Below are positions 21,048 to 32,199 of a stretch of 64,000 bases of DNA, piece after piece. The position numbers and the translations under genes are program-made. Below the pieces are notes generated by a model that was not told the origin of the DNA, did not search any database, and saw only the letters and a program-made list of their open reading frames with translations. Numbering within the stretch: the stretch's first letter is position 1; every line of letters begins with the position of its first letter. The DNA is from Dudresnaya verticillata (lineage: Eukaryota): the NCBI GenBank assembly GCA_977862235.1, contig OZ374564.1, forward strand, positions 62,001 to 126,000, read 5' to 3'.

Positions 21048-21739
21048 GTGTGGTATAACGAAGTCCACGGTGACGCGGGGAAGTCTCGCACTGTAAGGAA
21101 TGGCCTCGGAGCCTAACGAATGGCCTCGTAGCCTAACGGAAAACCAAAAGGGGTTGTAGCGTGGTAGAGCGGAGCGACCAACACGAAGGACCACGGTGTC
21201 AACGTATTCGTGTGCGGAAGGGAGCACTCGAGCGATCGACCGCCGGGGATGACTCCGGGTGCGTTAGGCTATCGAAAGCGAGGCTCGACCGTATCCGCGG
21301 TCACGAAGACGAAGACACCGAACTCGAAGAAACAGGCGTTTACCGAAGACTCCGAGGTCCGGGTGTGGTGCAATTCACCGGTGCTCATTTGCCTCAAATT
21401 GCGGACTCCCCGCCAGCAATGTACTTGGGGACTGCCCCTGTAAGGCGCCCGGCCTGTAAGTCCTGCGCGCCGGTGGCAACGGGTGGCGGATTATGGTGGC
21501 GGATCTTCGCTACTGTACGCACTGTCAGCCACCCTTAATTTTAGTTAATTTTAGTTAATCCCTTTCCGCGTGTCACGAATCTCCAAATGGCACGCTACCT
21601 TCCCCACTTCATTGCGAAAGCGTTCATTTTATCTTTGGGTCGGCTAAATCCTCCTTCTGGGGTGGTAAGCTGCCAACCTCTAGTCAAGGGGCGTAAATGA
21701 CGTTTTCGCCGGGTACTGCACTGTTGGTCTGCACACTTG

Positions 21740-24711
21740 TCACTGTTGTTTCGCGGTCCATGGCTGCATGTTGTTTGGGTCTGGGATCGTTCGAATTATA
21801 TCTATTGCTAGGGCTACTCGTTTCATTCTGGCTTCTGACAGACATGGTTCCTTCAGCCCCTGCAGTGCGTCTAGGAATCTTTGAAGACCTATGTTGCGGA
21901 GGTACCGATAGTGGATGGGAAAGTATCCAATGTGCCATAGGACAGCAATGCGGCGTTGTTCGGCTGTTTTTAGCTTAGGTGCCGGTGGCAGGCTCCTCGT
22001 CGACGTCGGGATGTGCCGGTGCCTGGTCATTGGTTGGTTTCGCCACCAGTCCTTGATCATCGTGGTGGTAACCTTCACGGGGTTGAACGGGTCTGGCACT
22101 ACTTCCGTGAATTGTTTTATCAGGGTTAGGCTACGGAGCGTTCTTGCAGCTTGTATCGCTGCATGACCTTGCCCAGATCGCAATTTGTTCATCCTAATTG
22201 CGAAGTTATTGGCGATACGTCGTTGGTGTAGTTCCGGAGGCACGATACGCAGAAGGGTGCGGAGGGCTGGCAGCTTTGCCAACGGCAGTGGCCTGTGGAA
22301 CACCGCACGAAAAAACGTAATATCGAAACGGTCTCGAGCCTGTCGAGTGGACAAAGACTCCGGTATTAGGAAAGATGCGAAGTCGAACGAGCTTTGAAAG
22401 AGGGAGAGGTAGATCGTGCGAGCAAATCGGGGCTGTACGCCGGAATAGAGCACCTTATGCTGCAGTAGCGTCGTCAGTCGCTTGAGGGCCACAGTGTACC
22501 TCCCGATACTGCAATCTGGCACAATCCCGTTCGCTCTGATTCTTATGCCAAGATATCCACTGCTTGTCGTTGCCATGATGATCCCCCTGAGAAGGGGAGT
22601 TGGGGAATTAGGCGTTTTTGGGAGGTTGTGAGTACCAATTCGCTCTTGCCGGGCCGTGTTGCCCAGACCATTCGAAATTGTCCGGCGTACTCTTCACATA
22701 TTTTAAGTGCTTTCATTATCGCCCATAGAGCGGTCATGATCAAAAGGACATCGTCGGCGTATAGTCGCACTACGAAATCCGTTGCGTGGCTTCCCAGTGC
22801 CCGCTGTAGTCGGATGGCTAGGAGGTTTATGTAGATGTTGAACAAGGTTGGGCTTGCCGGTCCCCCTTGTGTGACTCCCCTGTTAATTTTGCCCGTTGTG
22901 TGCGAATCGTCATGTGCTGTCTGCACTGTTAGGGCTTGCAGAAAGAGCGACACCATGTTTGTGGTCGTTGTGTCCAGGGCTGCAGCACATAGCTCCAAAA
23001 GCTTTTCTCTGCACACCGTATCGTACGCGGGGCGTAAATCGAGGACTGCCATCCATTTGTTCCCTTTTGATAGAGCTCCGCAGGTAGTTGCAAGTGCCAT
23101 TTCTACGCCCACCTGGGGCTGGAAGCCGAATTGCATCTCATACGGGGTGAATTGACGTCTTATATGCTTATCCACGGCCTTCTCAATTACCTTTCTTGCA
23201 CATGAGAGGAGGGATATCGGACGGTAGCTCTGCGGTTGTTCTGAGTCTCCCTTTTTGTAAACCGGTATGAGCACTCCTACGTTCCACTGCTCCGGAGTTG
23301 CACCGAGTTGGCCGAATGCCACCCAAAAGATGTATAGGAACTCACCTATTTCCTTGTCGCAAATCTTAAGCATTTCGTACCGGATCTCGTCAATTCCGGG
23401 AGCCGTCCCGTTGGGAAGGTGTACCATGGCGTCTTGGATGTCCTTCATGGAGGAAAGGGGTGGGATGAACTTGCGGGCGGGGACAGGGGTTGGGGCATGC
23501 GCGCTAGCCATGTGCTTAATGAATTCGGACGGGTCGAGCGGTGCTCCCCGCGTGGCGTTGTTCGCCAGTTGCGCAGCACGTTGCAGGCGCGTCTTCATCC
23601 ACTGTTGAGCTTCCGCCGGTGATGTCTCCAGTACTGCGGCCAGCTCTTGTTTCTTCCGCGCTCTTTTCTTTCTGCATACTGTCCTTTTGATTTCTCGATC
23701 TAACCTGCGGTGCGTTGCCCAGCATTCTGGGCTTTGCGTTGCTCGTGCGCTTTTGAATGCCCGATCCCTTTGTTTTGCTAAGCGCTGAAGCCGGTGGTCC
23801 CAGAGGGGCCGGAAATTGGCGGGGCGAGGTCGCTGCAACTGACGCCATGGTCTGGTCATTATCGTACAGAACTCGTTGTATGGGTTTTATAACTCCCTTT
23901 GGGATTGGGCTTCTCTGTCTCTGCCTATGAGCACGGGGAGTTTTGAGCGGTACTGAGCGTGTGCTGCTTCCTTGTGCGTCGGTCTAGAGAGGAGTCGGCT
24001 TCAGGTATGCATCTGTGTTGTGCTCTTCAACAGGCGGCCAGTGATTGTTGCCATCGTTGCGATGTGGTCGCTGGCCGCGTTCCACAAGCCGGGGAGCGCC
24101 CTCGGTTTTGTAACATGCAGGCCCTTGCTTATGAAAAGGTCAATGGTGCTAGATCCTCTTGAGTTTGCGAATGTCGGTTCGGGAGGGGCATGGATTGCTA
24201 ACTTAAACTTCCGGGCCCACTGCGCGACTGCTCTTCCTTGAGGGTTGTTATGCGAGCACCATTGCTTGGAGCGCGCGTTGAGATCGCCAACTAGCAGCAG
24301 CGGGTACCTAGCGCGTGCATGAATTTCTTGCAGGAATGTCTGCAGCAGGTCAGGCTTTGTTTTCGGGCGGATGTACACAGCCAACAGGTCGCACACTCCC
24401 GGAATGCGTGTCCAGAGGGCCGATACACCACCTGCAGCTGGGTTGCTGGTGTCACTGGTCGCGATCCTTCTGGTCACCTTAATCTTGTAGCCTGGTTTCA
24501 GCAGGACGGCGACACCCCCGGACGGTCGGCCGAACTCGGTCTGTGAGTCTGTTAATTGTTCGGATGTCCCAGTGGATGGAATCTGGCGTCCTGGCCGTAC
24601 CCAGGTCTCCGTAAGCACGCATATGTCTGGCTGGGAATGGGTGAGGAGCAGGTTTAGTTCGTCTGCCTTTTGGTCCACTCCGGCCACGTTCCAATTGACA
24701 ATCTTAAGCAT
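21740..24711 (-). pseudogene. LINE ORF2: AP endonuclease and reverse transcriptase, split into three ORF pieces
   Basis: APE motifs WNVAG, LTETW, GDLNA, STIDL and SDH. RT motifs APGIDEI, YRPISLL, QFGF, GVTQG...SPTLFN and YADD. Confidence 0.92.
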
Positions 24712-26258
24712 TACTGTGACATGCTCTCTGCAATGAGGGGGAACTGCTCTTTGGCTGATTGTAGTTGGGCGTTATACCAAACTCGTGCGGGTGGGTATGG
24801 GCAGCCTGTCGCGCATCTCGCCAGACGGGACAGGGCACCTTTCACGCAGATATCGATCCTTTCCTTGTCTGTGATCGGGATGTTCGCTTTGTCCAGGAAA
24901 CATAGCGGGTCTGATTGCTTTGTAACGGAAAATCCCATGTCTGTCAGGAGTGCTTTGGTGAAGTCGTATACTGCCTCCTCCGCCAGTAGCTCCATACCCT
25001 CTCTGCCAAAGAACGAGATTCCGCGCGTTGCAGCTGGGAGATTGAAGGAGTTTCGGAGCTGATGTGAGAACTCGCCAATTGGGCCGTGGAGGACTTTGGT
25101 GACATCGATTGGCCTCAGCGGGGTCTGGGCAGGTGGATGAACAAATGGCCTTGGGATCGGGGATGGGCGTACAAAATTCCGCATCGCCTCGACGTTCTGT
25201 TGCACTAGCGTATTGAAGTCTTTAGGGAGGTTGGCTGCCATTTCGGTTGGCAGGTGTCGTTTGACAATTTCGGCGTACGGGCGATTGTTGGGTGGGCCTG
25301 GCGGGTGGCGTCTGTTGGAGGGAGAGCTGTGTGGGCGGTGGGCGTCTGGGCGTGGGGTGTGGGTGTTCGCAGCTTGTTTCTTCAGCACGTCCATTTCCAA
25401 TTTCAAGGCCTCATGCTGCTTGCAGAGGGTGTTTAGCTTTTCGGAGACATTGCCTGCTTCACTCAGTTTTGCCGAAGTGTCGTCCGATGTCGCTCGAATC
25501 TCTGCCATTTGTGCATTGAGCTGGTCAGCGCTTTCTACGGCTTGGTTGGCGGTTGCTTCTGCTCTTTGTGCAATTGTTTTGGTCTCCTCGAGAGTCGTCA
25601 TGGCTTCCTTCGCCGTGGCTTCCTGTTTCTCCGCTGAGGATTTGGCGCACGACATAGCAGCTTCAGTTGTGGCCTCAACCTGAAGCATCCGGGCGGGTTG
25701 TTTGTTGTAGAAGTCTTTTTTTTCCTCTTGGATCGCACGTATCTTTGGGTTGAAGACGTTTCGCATTTCCGTTAAGTCGTCCTTCAGCGAGGTGTTAACG
25801 GCTTCCAGCGACTCCATCTTTGTCTCCAGCGTGTGCAGCTTCTCATCGTTCTTCGTTTCAAGGCAGTCCAACTTGGCCGACAGGGCGGCGAGATGGGAAG
25901 AGATTGCCTTTAATTCCAAGCCCAGAGCCTCGTCTCGCTCGCGGATGGTGGTCTGCGGCGTGTTATCGGCCATTCCCTGAGATGCGGGGGCCCTTTGGGC
26001 ACGAGCGAGTGCATAGTGAGCTTCCGCCTGGCGCAGCAGCGCCATGAATGGCTTGCTGTATGTGCGGGAGCCGCATTGGCGGCACTTTGCGGCCGGCGTC
26101 AACTCCGATCCGACATATTCAAGCGTCCCGAAGCTCGGGACCACCTTTGTGTTTTCGACGCATTTAGGGCATATGGCGTGGGCTTTGGCATTTTCAAAAC
26201 GCGCGTTGATACTGTCGTCGCGTGCGGGCGTCGGCGATGTGCTGGGTGCAGTGGGCAT
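24711..26258 (-). CDS. LINE ORF1 (N-terminal CxxC...CxxC zinc-ribbon-like motif, long coiled coil)
   Basis: ATG at 26258 (MPTAP). CPKC...CRQC and a heptad-rich region. The stop overlaps the ORF2 start (TAATG). Confidence 0.8.
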   Translation of the reverse strand: MPTAPSTSPTPARDDSINARFENAKAHAICPKCVENTKVVPSFGTLEYVGSELTPAAKCRQCGSRTYSKPFMALLRQAEAHYALARAQRAPASQGMADNTPQTTIRERDEALGLELKAISSHLAALSAKLDCLETKNDEKLHTLETKMESLEAVNTSLKDDLTEMRNVFNPKIRAIQEEKKDFYNKQPARMLQVEATTEAAMSCAKSSAEKQEATAKEAMTTLEETKTIAQRAEATANQAVESADQLNAQMAEIRATSDDTSAKLSEAGNVSEKLNTLCKQHEALKLEMDVLKKQAANTHTPRPDAHRPHSSPSNRRHPPGPPNNRPYAEIVKRHLPTEMAANLPKDFNTLVQQNVEAMRNFVRPSPIPRPFVHPPAQTPLRPIDVTKVLHGPIGEFSHQLRNSFNLPAATRGISFFGREGMELLAEEAVYDFTKALLTDMGFSVTKQSDPLCFLDKANIPITDKERIDICVKGALSRLARCATGCPYPPARVWYNAQLQSAKEQFPLIAESMSQ

Positions 26259-27056
26259 CGTAGCTTGAAGCGGATCGCACCTGATGCGTGCGCTGCGGTG
26301 GAGGTTTCGCTTCGAGCGTGACGGAGCGCGATATTTGCGCGGTGTCGTCCCGGCGCAGGCGCGCGCGGCGACACTTCCGCGGAGCCGCACTCGAGAGCGC
26401 CGCGCGAAGCGCAAGGCACTGCGCGGCACGGACGAGACAAACAAGGATTTGCAAACAAGCGAAGCGAAGAGAAGCGAATGGGATTGCGGCGCACACGCGT
26501 GTACATAGTATATGAGAGCTAGGGGCGCGCCCTCATTCAGTAAACAAGCCAAGCTCGGGCTCTACGACATACACCTCCCTACCCTTGACCGACATCTTCG
26601 TCGTCAGGAGGGACTCCAGTGCGTGCGTACCCCTTCTTCATCATACAGAACCCTGTTTTCCCCTTTTTCCTTTGCTTTTCCGCAATTTTAGGGTTCCTCC
26701 CTTTTTCTTTCGTCTCGTGGCGCTTTACAGTCGCGCTACGGGGCTACCCCCCACGCTCTACCACACCATCCCCTACTACCGCTACCCGCGGGTCCCGAAC
26801 GCCCGAGGTGTGTCCTCTGTTGTTGTTTTCAGCAGTGGATTTGCACCACACCGGGCGCTAGTCGCTTACCGGAAACCCTCGGAGGTTGTGCCAGACGACT
26901 GGTTAAGCAATACTACGTGAGCACGAATACACGTCAACGCGGGAGACGGTTCGTACTCGAATGATTCGTAACGGCCTCGGTGCCAACGAACGGCCGTCTC
27001 ACGTATGGTGGCGGTTACGAAGTGCGCCAGCGATGCATACGGAGGCGTATACCACA

Positions 27057-27999
27057 AGACGCGCGCGCTTCGTGGGCCTCGGTGCCGTTACGCGTGGGAA
27101 ACTATGGGAAAGTCACGAAGGTGTCAGCGATTTCGTATCGGGTGCGCACTGTAATGCGAATGCCATCGTGGCGCGCGCGATCACGAGGTCAGCTCGGAAT
27201 TCGTCCGGAGGTGTCAGCGATTTCGTATCACGTGCCTGCTGTAATGCGAATGCCATCGTGGCGCGCACACAGTGTGGCGCAACGGCGATTTGCGCCAAGT
27301 GGGCGTATTACGCTGTAATTCGAAACGGGCCAATGCCCCGTAAGACACTGTCATTGCTGGGCTTCGCCAGGATGTGGTATGTGATTGGCGCCTGGCGCGA
27401 AAACACCCGCACCTCAAACGCGCAATTGGCGCACGACCATTGGTGTGGCGCTGGGATATTTCCCGATTATTCGCCGCCACAGGGGCGTGGATCCGCCTCC
27501 CATTGCTCAATGTAATTCGTGTACAGTACACGGTAGTAGATAGTATTAGCACGGCACAAGCCCTATTTATTGGTCCCCTGAATAGCAGGGCACCCCTGAT
27601 TGAACCCCACGGGGAGTTTCTCGGTCTTGACCATTTTCTGGATTCCGGGCGCTTCCCGTTCCATTTCTGGACGCCAACTACAGGCTCGTCACCGTACGGC
27701 AGGTTCCCTGCGGAATACCGGGTCGCGTCCCCCTTTTCCTTTTCCTTTTTCCCGGCCTAGCGCCATTCTACCAAGCCTCTACCACACCCGAGCTACCCGT
27801 GAGCACGACGGTTCCGGGCAGGTGTCCTTTGTTCTCTTTGCTCTTCCTGGGCTGGACCCGTTGTGCTAGACACAGTATGCGCACTGTAACATGTTTGCCA
27901 TCCTGGCGTGCGCATTCACGGAGTCACTTCGAAATTCGTATTTCTCGATTATTTTCACGTAGACCACGGAGTCGTTTTGCGCACAGCGTCTATACCACA
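27057..27999 (+). mobile_element. 3' part of another Gypsy-type LTR (family D) with an internal 90-bp tandem duplication
   Basis: Ends TATACCACA. AGGTGTCAGCGATTTCGTATC... repeated at 27119 and 27209. An inverted partial copy lies at 54910-55042. Confidence 0.65.
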
Positions 28000-28278
28000 C
28001 TTAGGTAAGCCGTCCCAGACGTAGCAGTAAACGCCCGGGCAAGCCGGCCTTGGTCCAGACTTACCCGTTACGCACGCGCGTACCCTCCGCTACCGCTGCC
28101 TACGGCGTAGGCGTCTACCTCCCGTGCTTCCACGATCAACCACCGTCGTTGACGTGTTTCCTTTTTGTTCTCTTTTGTTCTTCTTTTCCGCCTCGGGCGT
28201 CTACAGTCCGCCCAACGCGTGTCAACCGCTCTACCACAAGCCGCCCTAAGCGAGGTTTCTCACCGCCAAGGGCGCAAT
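28000..28278 (+). mobile_element. Fragment of LTR family A (3' half)
   Basis: CTTAGGTAAGCCGTCCCAGACG...CAAGCCGGCCTTGGTCCAGACTT matches 54541 onward. Confidence 0.8.
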
Positions 28279-28282
28279 ACAG

Positions 28283-28809
28283 TGAAGGGCTTACAGAAGT
28301 GGGCCCTCTGCCCGCGTGTAGGCGCTGAAATAGCGTTACCTATAGAGCGCCAGCAGGGACAAGATGGGTAGCCTATGATTGGTCCAAGTGTCACCCTGTA
28401 GGTCAGTAGCTTAGTATCTGTCTATCTATTTTAGAAATTGTAGCTTACGATAGGGGGCGTGTATATAGCCCAGTATGAGGGTTGCTTCCTGACAGTCGGA
28501 GTACCATATAAGGGTATCTCCCGTAGCGGTCACTGTACAGTAAAGGTAAGCACCTTCCGGCCCCAACTACGTCTCCAAGCTATCGGCACCGCAGCACACT
28601 TGTCACCCGTGCCCGGTTAACGCCCGCCCAGTGAACTACCTTCAGTATCATGCTTCCAATCAAGTTACATGCCCTCGTCTACCCTCTGGGTTCCTCCCGC
28701 TCTACCACCGCTACCAGGCACCCGCTATGTGGCTTTCTCATTGAGTGCACTCTTTGCGTTCACAAGAGACCTAAAAGGTACTTCCTTACATCTGGTCTCC
28801 CGACCTAGA
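28283..28809 (+). mobile_element. 5' LTR and PBS of a further truncated Gypsy element (5' boundary approximate)
   Basis: LTR end ...CCTTACA at 28790 followed by PBS TGGTCTCCCGACCTAGA (28793-28809). CAGTAAA box near 28538. Confidence 0.7.
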
Positions 28810-29239
28810 AACGTCAAGGTTGGTGAGCCGTTAAGAGGACGACGAATATCGCAACCCAATTGGATATTGAAGAAAATCAACCTGTAGCAGTACGGCACCG
28901 GCCAGAAACAGCAAAGAACAAGAAGAGACAGTTGTCCGATGTCACACGCTAATGTGTGGTAGCTCGAAGGAGGTTCGGTAGAGGCTTGGAAGGAGGCGGG
29001 CCCTGATGACCCGAAAGGGGGGTGCGGAAGCGCGGTAAAGACTCGGCGCGACCGACTGAAGGAAGATTTAGAGATTGCGACCCTGTATTTCGTAGAGTAC
29101 GTGTCGTACGATGTCCAGGCCTGTACTGGGCGACCCCTGCAGGCGCGGAGCTTCCGAGCGACCAAAAGGTGGAAACCTTCCCAACAACTCCGCTGAGTGT
29201 TTATTCTGAGGGCGCCGGCTATTCCGGCGCCCATACAGG

Positions 29240-29389
29240 GGCAATTGCGATACGAAACGCATTGTCCCTCCACGTTTCCAAGTCTACTGTGCTTCGCAAC
29301 CTTCAAAATGCTGAAGAACTGAAGTTTATAAAAATGAAGACCTCCTTCTTTTTAACAAAGCTGCACAAGGTCAACAGGCTGACGTGGAC
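29240..29389 (+). pseudogene. Tc1/Tc3-type transposase fragment (second HTH and linker)
   Basis: AIRNALSLHVSKSTVLRNLQ...KMKTSFFLTKLHKVNRLTW resembles the vS..TvrR.L...k.P.Lt..Hk..Rl.w pattern. It is cut by the LTR at 29390. Confidence 0.65.
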
Positions 29390-30167
29390 TGTGGTGCAAT
29401 CCACTCGGTAGAATCGAGGATGCACCTCAGGCGGTTCGGGGGCGTGGCGGTAGCAGGTGAGGTAGTAGCGGTAGAGCAGGGGAGTAGCCCCGTAGTGCGA
29501 CTGTAAAACACTACAAGACCGAGAAAGCGGGTTACCCTAGAAAGGAAGAGAAAACAAAGGAAAAATAAGAGAAAAACAGGATTCTGTACGATGAAGAAGG
29601 GTAGCGTAGGTACTGGTGTCCAGCCTAGAGAGGGAGTCGATAGGGTAGGAGGGTACGTCTCGCTGGGCCCAAGCTTAGCCGTTTACTGTATGAGGGCACA
29701 CCTCAGGGCCCTAATATACTATGTAGGAGGCGGGTGTGCCTTGGTGGCGGATTAAGGTAGTGGAAGGGGGGCGCGCCACTTGGCATTACGTGGCGCGCGC
29801 AAATCTATGATTATCTACTAAAATATCAACTGTCAGCCTATTGGTAGTGTGGCTGGACAGTGTGCGCCAAGGGGGCGCACGTGTGTACATGTACGTGTTG
29901 TCGTCCTGCGGGGCCATCCTTGCTGGCAGAGGGCGTCGGGCACTGTCAGGCCGGGCGCCTTACAGGGGCACTTCCCCAGTGTCACTGCTGGCGTATGCGC
30001 GTGGTGCCAGAGCTTATTACAGAAACTGGCTCTGAGCTCAAACATACTGGTAGCGGTTGATCCGCGTGTATCGGCCGCTTCGGGCCGTCGTCCGCAGTGG
30101 CGCGAGCCGCGGGCGACGCCCATTATGAAGAACTCTTCCGTAGTGCGCGAAGGCGATTTGCGCCACA
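29390..30167 (-). repeat. G1 3' LTR (778 bp)
   Basis: Direct repeat of 41525-42302 with many substitutions; adjacent to the PPT. Confidence 0.92.
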
Positions 30168-30305
30168 TCTCCCCCCCGTTAAGCGGCGAGTACCCGCACG
30201 AGCCCACACGTGGTACGTTCACCCTGCGCAGGTCGGCGCTGCTCCTTACCATCGCGCCCGCGGGGGTCCGCTTGTCATCGGCGCTCTCGAAACGTACGCG
30301 CCGCT

Positions 30306-31943
30306 ATGCCGCCCCATTTCTCGCCTGCGGAGCTTGACCGCGTATTAATGCACGCGCCGCAGAGTTCTGCAAGCTACCCCACACCAGTCGACTTTGAAGG
30401 CAAAACGCCTTGGAACGACATCATCGAATTCGCGAACGCTCCGTGGATGTTCCACAATAATACCGGAAACAATGCGCTCATCGAGCAATACGTCTCCGAC
30501 CACAGTTTCTTGCCTGGAGGAAATCCCCTACGGGTGTTGCGGACGCCTGACTGGCGCCGGCACGGAGCGATTCGTCCTGACTGGATCCGGTGCCATGGCG
30601 GCGAGGATGTGCGTAGGGCCCGTCTGCGGTACATACGCTTGGTCTTTCAACGGTTTGGCCGTACGCCCTGTCGTGAGGTTGTGCCTAGTGGATATTGGCT
30701 CGACCTTGGCGTGTATCGCACCGTGGGGGAGATCCCCTATGCCGAAGAGTTGGAGGAATTCTCCATTCCGCATTCGTGGGCTGGCATCGAGCCGCGCGTT
30801 CGCCAATCGGCATTATTGCTAGGCGTGCAGTTGCGTGCGGAATTACGCTTCTTGCGCAAGCGCGACAACAACGCGTACTGGGATAAGGTGAGACGGGAGC
30901 GGCGTGCCCGTTCTCGGCTTGGGTTCCTCGTCCCGTATCAGAATGTCGAAGTCGACGCCTTACATCGCAACTACCGCGATCGGTGTTACGTGCGGGTGCC
31001 GGTTCCCCAATGGGGATTGGTGGAATCTTGTGAGGGTTTCCTCGTGGAGCTTTCGCCCGCGGTGAGTTACACCATGTCGACGGTTGTTGGATACCCGCAG
31101 TCGGGACTCTGGACATTGTATTACACGGAATTTGTGGCAAAGACCGCGGTGCAGTGGCTGTGGGAGCTTTACGACACGTACCGCATGTGGTACGTGACGC
31201 CCATAGTCCTGCAATTCTTCGCGCAGTTGGATTTGAGGCGTGTCCTCGGGGGCGTTAACAACGAAGCGGAGTTCCGCGCTAGGCTAGCATTCTATGCCCT
31301 AGTGGATTGGAACCACGACACGGGGCGTGACCCACTTTGTAATAATAAGAGGAGTTCCTCGGCAACCAACTTCTCGCCGGGGAGACGCCATCCGGTTTAC
31401 GGGGATTGGGCGTGGTTCGAACCGTGTCCGCGTACGTTCTTCACTGCGGAACATGCCGCTTGGCTCCGAGGTCACCCCCGCTCGATGCCGCCAGGCCAGC
31501 CGCGTGGATATCTGGAGGACCCCGAGACGGGTGTCATGGACAAGTCTGACTATGAGGAGGAGCCCTCGGACTTAGCTGAAAGTGAGGATTTCCCCGAGGA
31601 TGCTGCGATGACCATCGGGGCCCCAGTGGCGGAAGTGGACCGATCTGCAGGAACGCCTACGCCTTCGGATTCCCCGGGCGCAAATGCGGCAGTGCCCGCG
31701 ATTGAGGTTACTACGACGACACCGGCGTCTGATCCGGGGAGCCAGCTTTGTGCGCGCCGCGTGCGACTGAGCTTCAGTCAGCGCATTGCGGTTATTGGCT
31801 TATTGCGTCGCACGGGGATTCCCGAGAATACGATTCGTGGCACAGATGAGGAACTCCTCGAGACGGCCAAGGATAAGGGGTACGACCCGGAGAGAGAGGA
31901 AGCTGATGGTGGAGCGGGCCCTAGTGGGTCCGCTGAGGTCTAG
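30306..31943 (+). CDS. Antisense accessory ORF of G1, unknown function (545 aa from first ATG)
   Basis: Uninterrupted ORF opposite to gag-pol. Homologous to 51155-53458 over about 380 aa (PVDF.GK.P, FLPGG.PL, IEPRV..A.LLGV.L.A..R.L, VPYQ, CEGF.VEL.P.V.Y, YTE..A..A..WLWE.YDT.RM, GDW). Confidence 0.85.
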   Translation: MPPHFSPAELDRVLMHAPQSSASYPTPVDFEGKTPWNDIIEFANAPWMFHNNTGNNALIEQYVSDHSFLPGGNPLRVLRTPDWRRHGAIRPDWIRCHGGEDVRRARLRYIRLVFQRFGRTPCREVVPSGYWLDLGVYRTVGEIPYAEELEEFSIPHSWAGIEPRVRQSALLLGVQLRAELRFLRKRDNNAYWDKVRRERRARSRLGFLVPYQNVEVDALHRNYRDRCYVRVPVPQWGLVESCEGFLVELSPAVSYTMSTVVGYPQSGLWTLYYTEFVAKTAVQWLWELYDTYRMWYVTPIVLQFFAQLDLRRVLGGVNNEAEFRARLAFYALVDWNHDTGRDPLCNNKRSSSATNFSPGRRHPVYGDWAWFEPCPRTFFTAEHAAWLRGHPRSMPPGQPRGYLEDPETGVMDKSDYEEEPSDLAESEDFPEDAAMTIGAPVAEVDRSAGTPTPSDSPGANAAVPAIEVTTTTPASDPGSQLCARRVRLSFSQRIAVIGLLRRTGIPENTIRGTDEELLETAKDKGYDPEREEADGGAGPSGSAEV

Positions 31944-32199
31944 TCGACAATCGACGGATGGTGTGGGGCAACCGACCCTGCGGGTATAGCCCGTGCGCTG
32001 TACTAGGGAGAGCGTCACCATGATCAGGACTTATTAAAGTTTGCTTGGTTGTTGTTTTGTTTGCCGTAATATGTGGCGCGCCGCGCTTAGAGGAGTTCCC
32101 CTTGGAGATCACTTCAGTAGTAAGGCGTATCGACTCAAATAGGTAGCTGCCGGCGAGCGACGGATCGCGATGGGTCCTAATTGAGGCGTGCGCCGTTCA

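Larger units (their letters stand above)
21535..26480 (-). mobile_element. Near full-length APE-type non-LTR retrotransposon (LINE)
   Basis: ORF1 plus ORF2 (APE, RT). 5' end CATTCG near 26480. 3' tail of ATTAACTAAA units at 21535-21559. No clear TSD. Confidence 0.88.
21364..26850 (+). mobile_element. Solo LTR inserted in the G0 5' LTR and itself interrupted by a LINE
   Basis: TGTGGTGCA...TGCACCACA termini with 5-bp TSD CCGGG (21359-21363 and 26851-26855). About 540 bp net length. Confidence 0.85.
17656..27056 (-). mobile_element. Ty3/Gypsy element G0: interrupted 5' LTR, PBS, gag, protease; cut off by the piggyBac-like insertion
   Basis: LTR termini TGTGGTATA (21049) and TATACCACA (27056). 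PBS TGGTCTCCCGACCTAGA. Gag pieces at 20426-20977, 19546-20004 and 18519-19475 (CWFCREIGHLMYSC). Protease LAVDTCSG...LLGTSWM. Confidence 0.85.

Noticed and set aside
26259..26552. N-terminal extension of LINE ORF1 to 613 aa
   Set aside because: It spans the LINE 5' UTR and flanking LTR and has a non-ATG start.
30306..31943. Retroviral env gene
   Set aside because: It is antisense and shows no signal peptide, fusion peptide or TM anchor.
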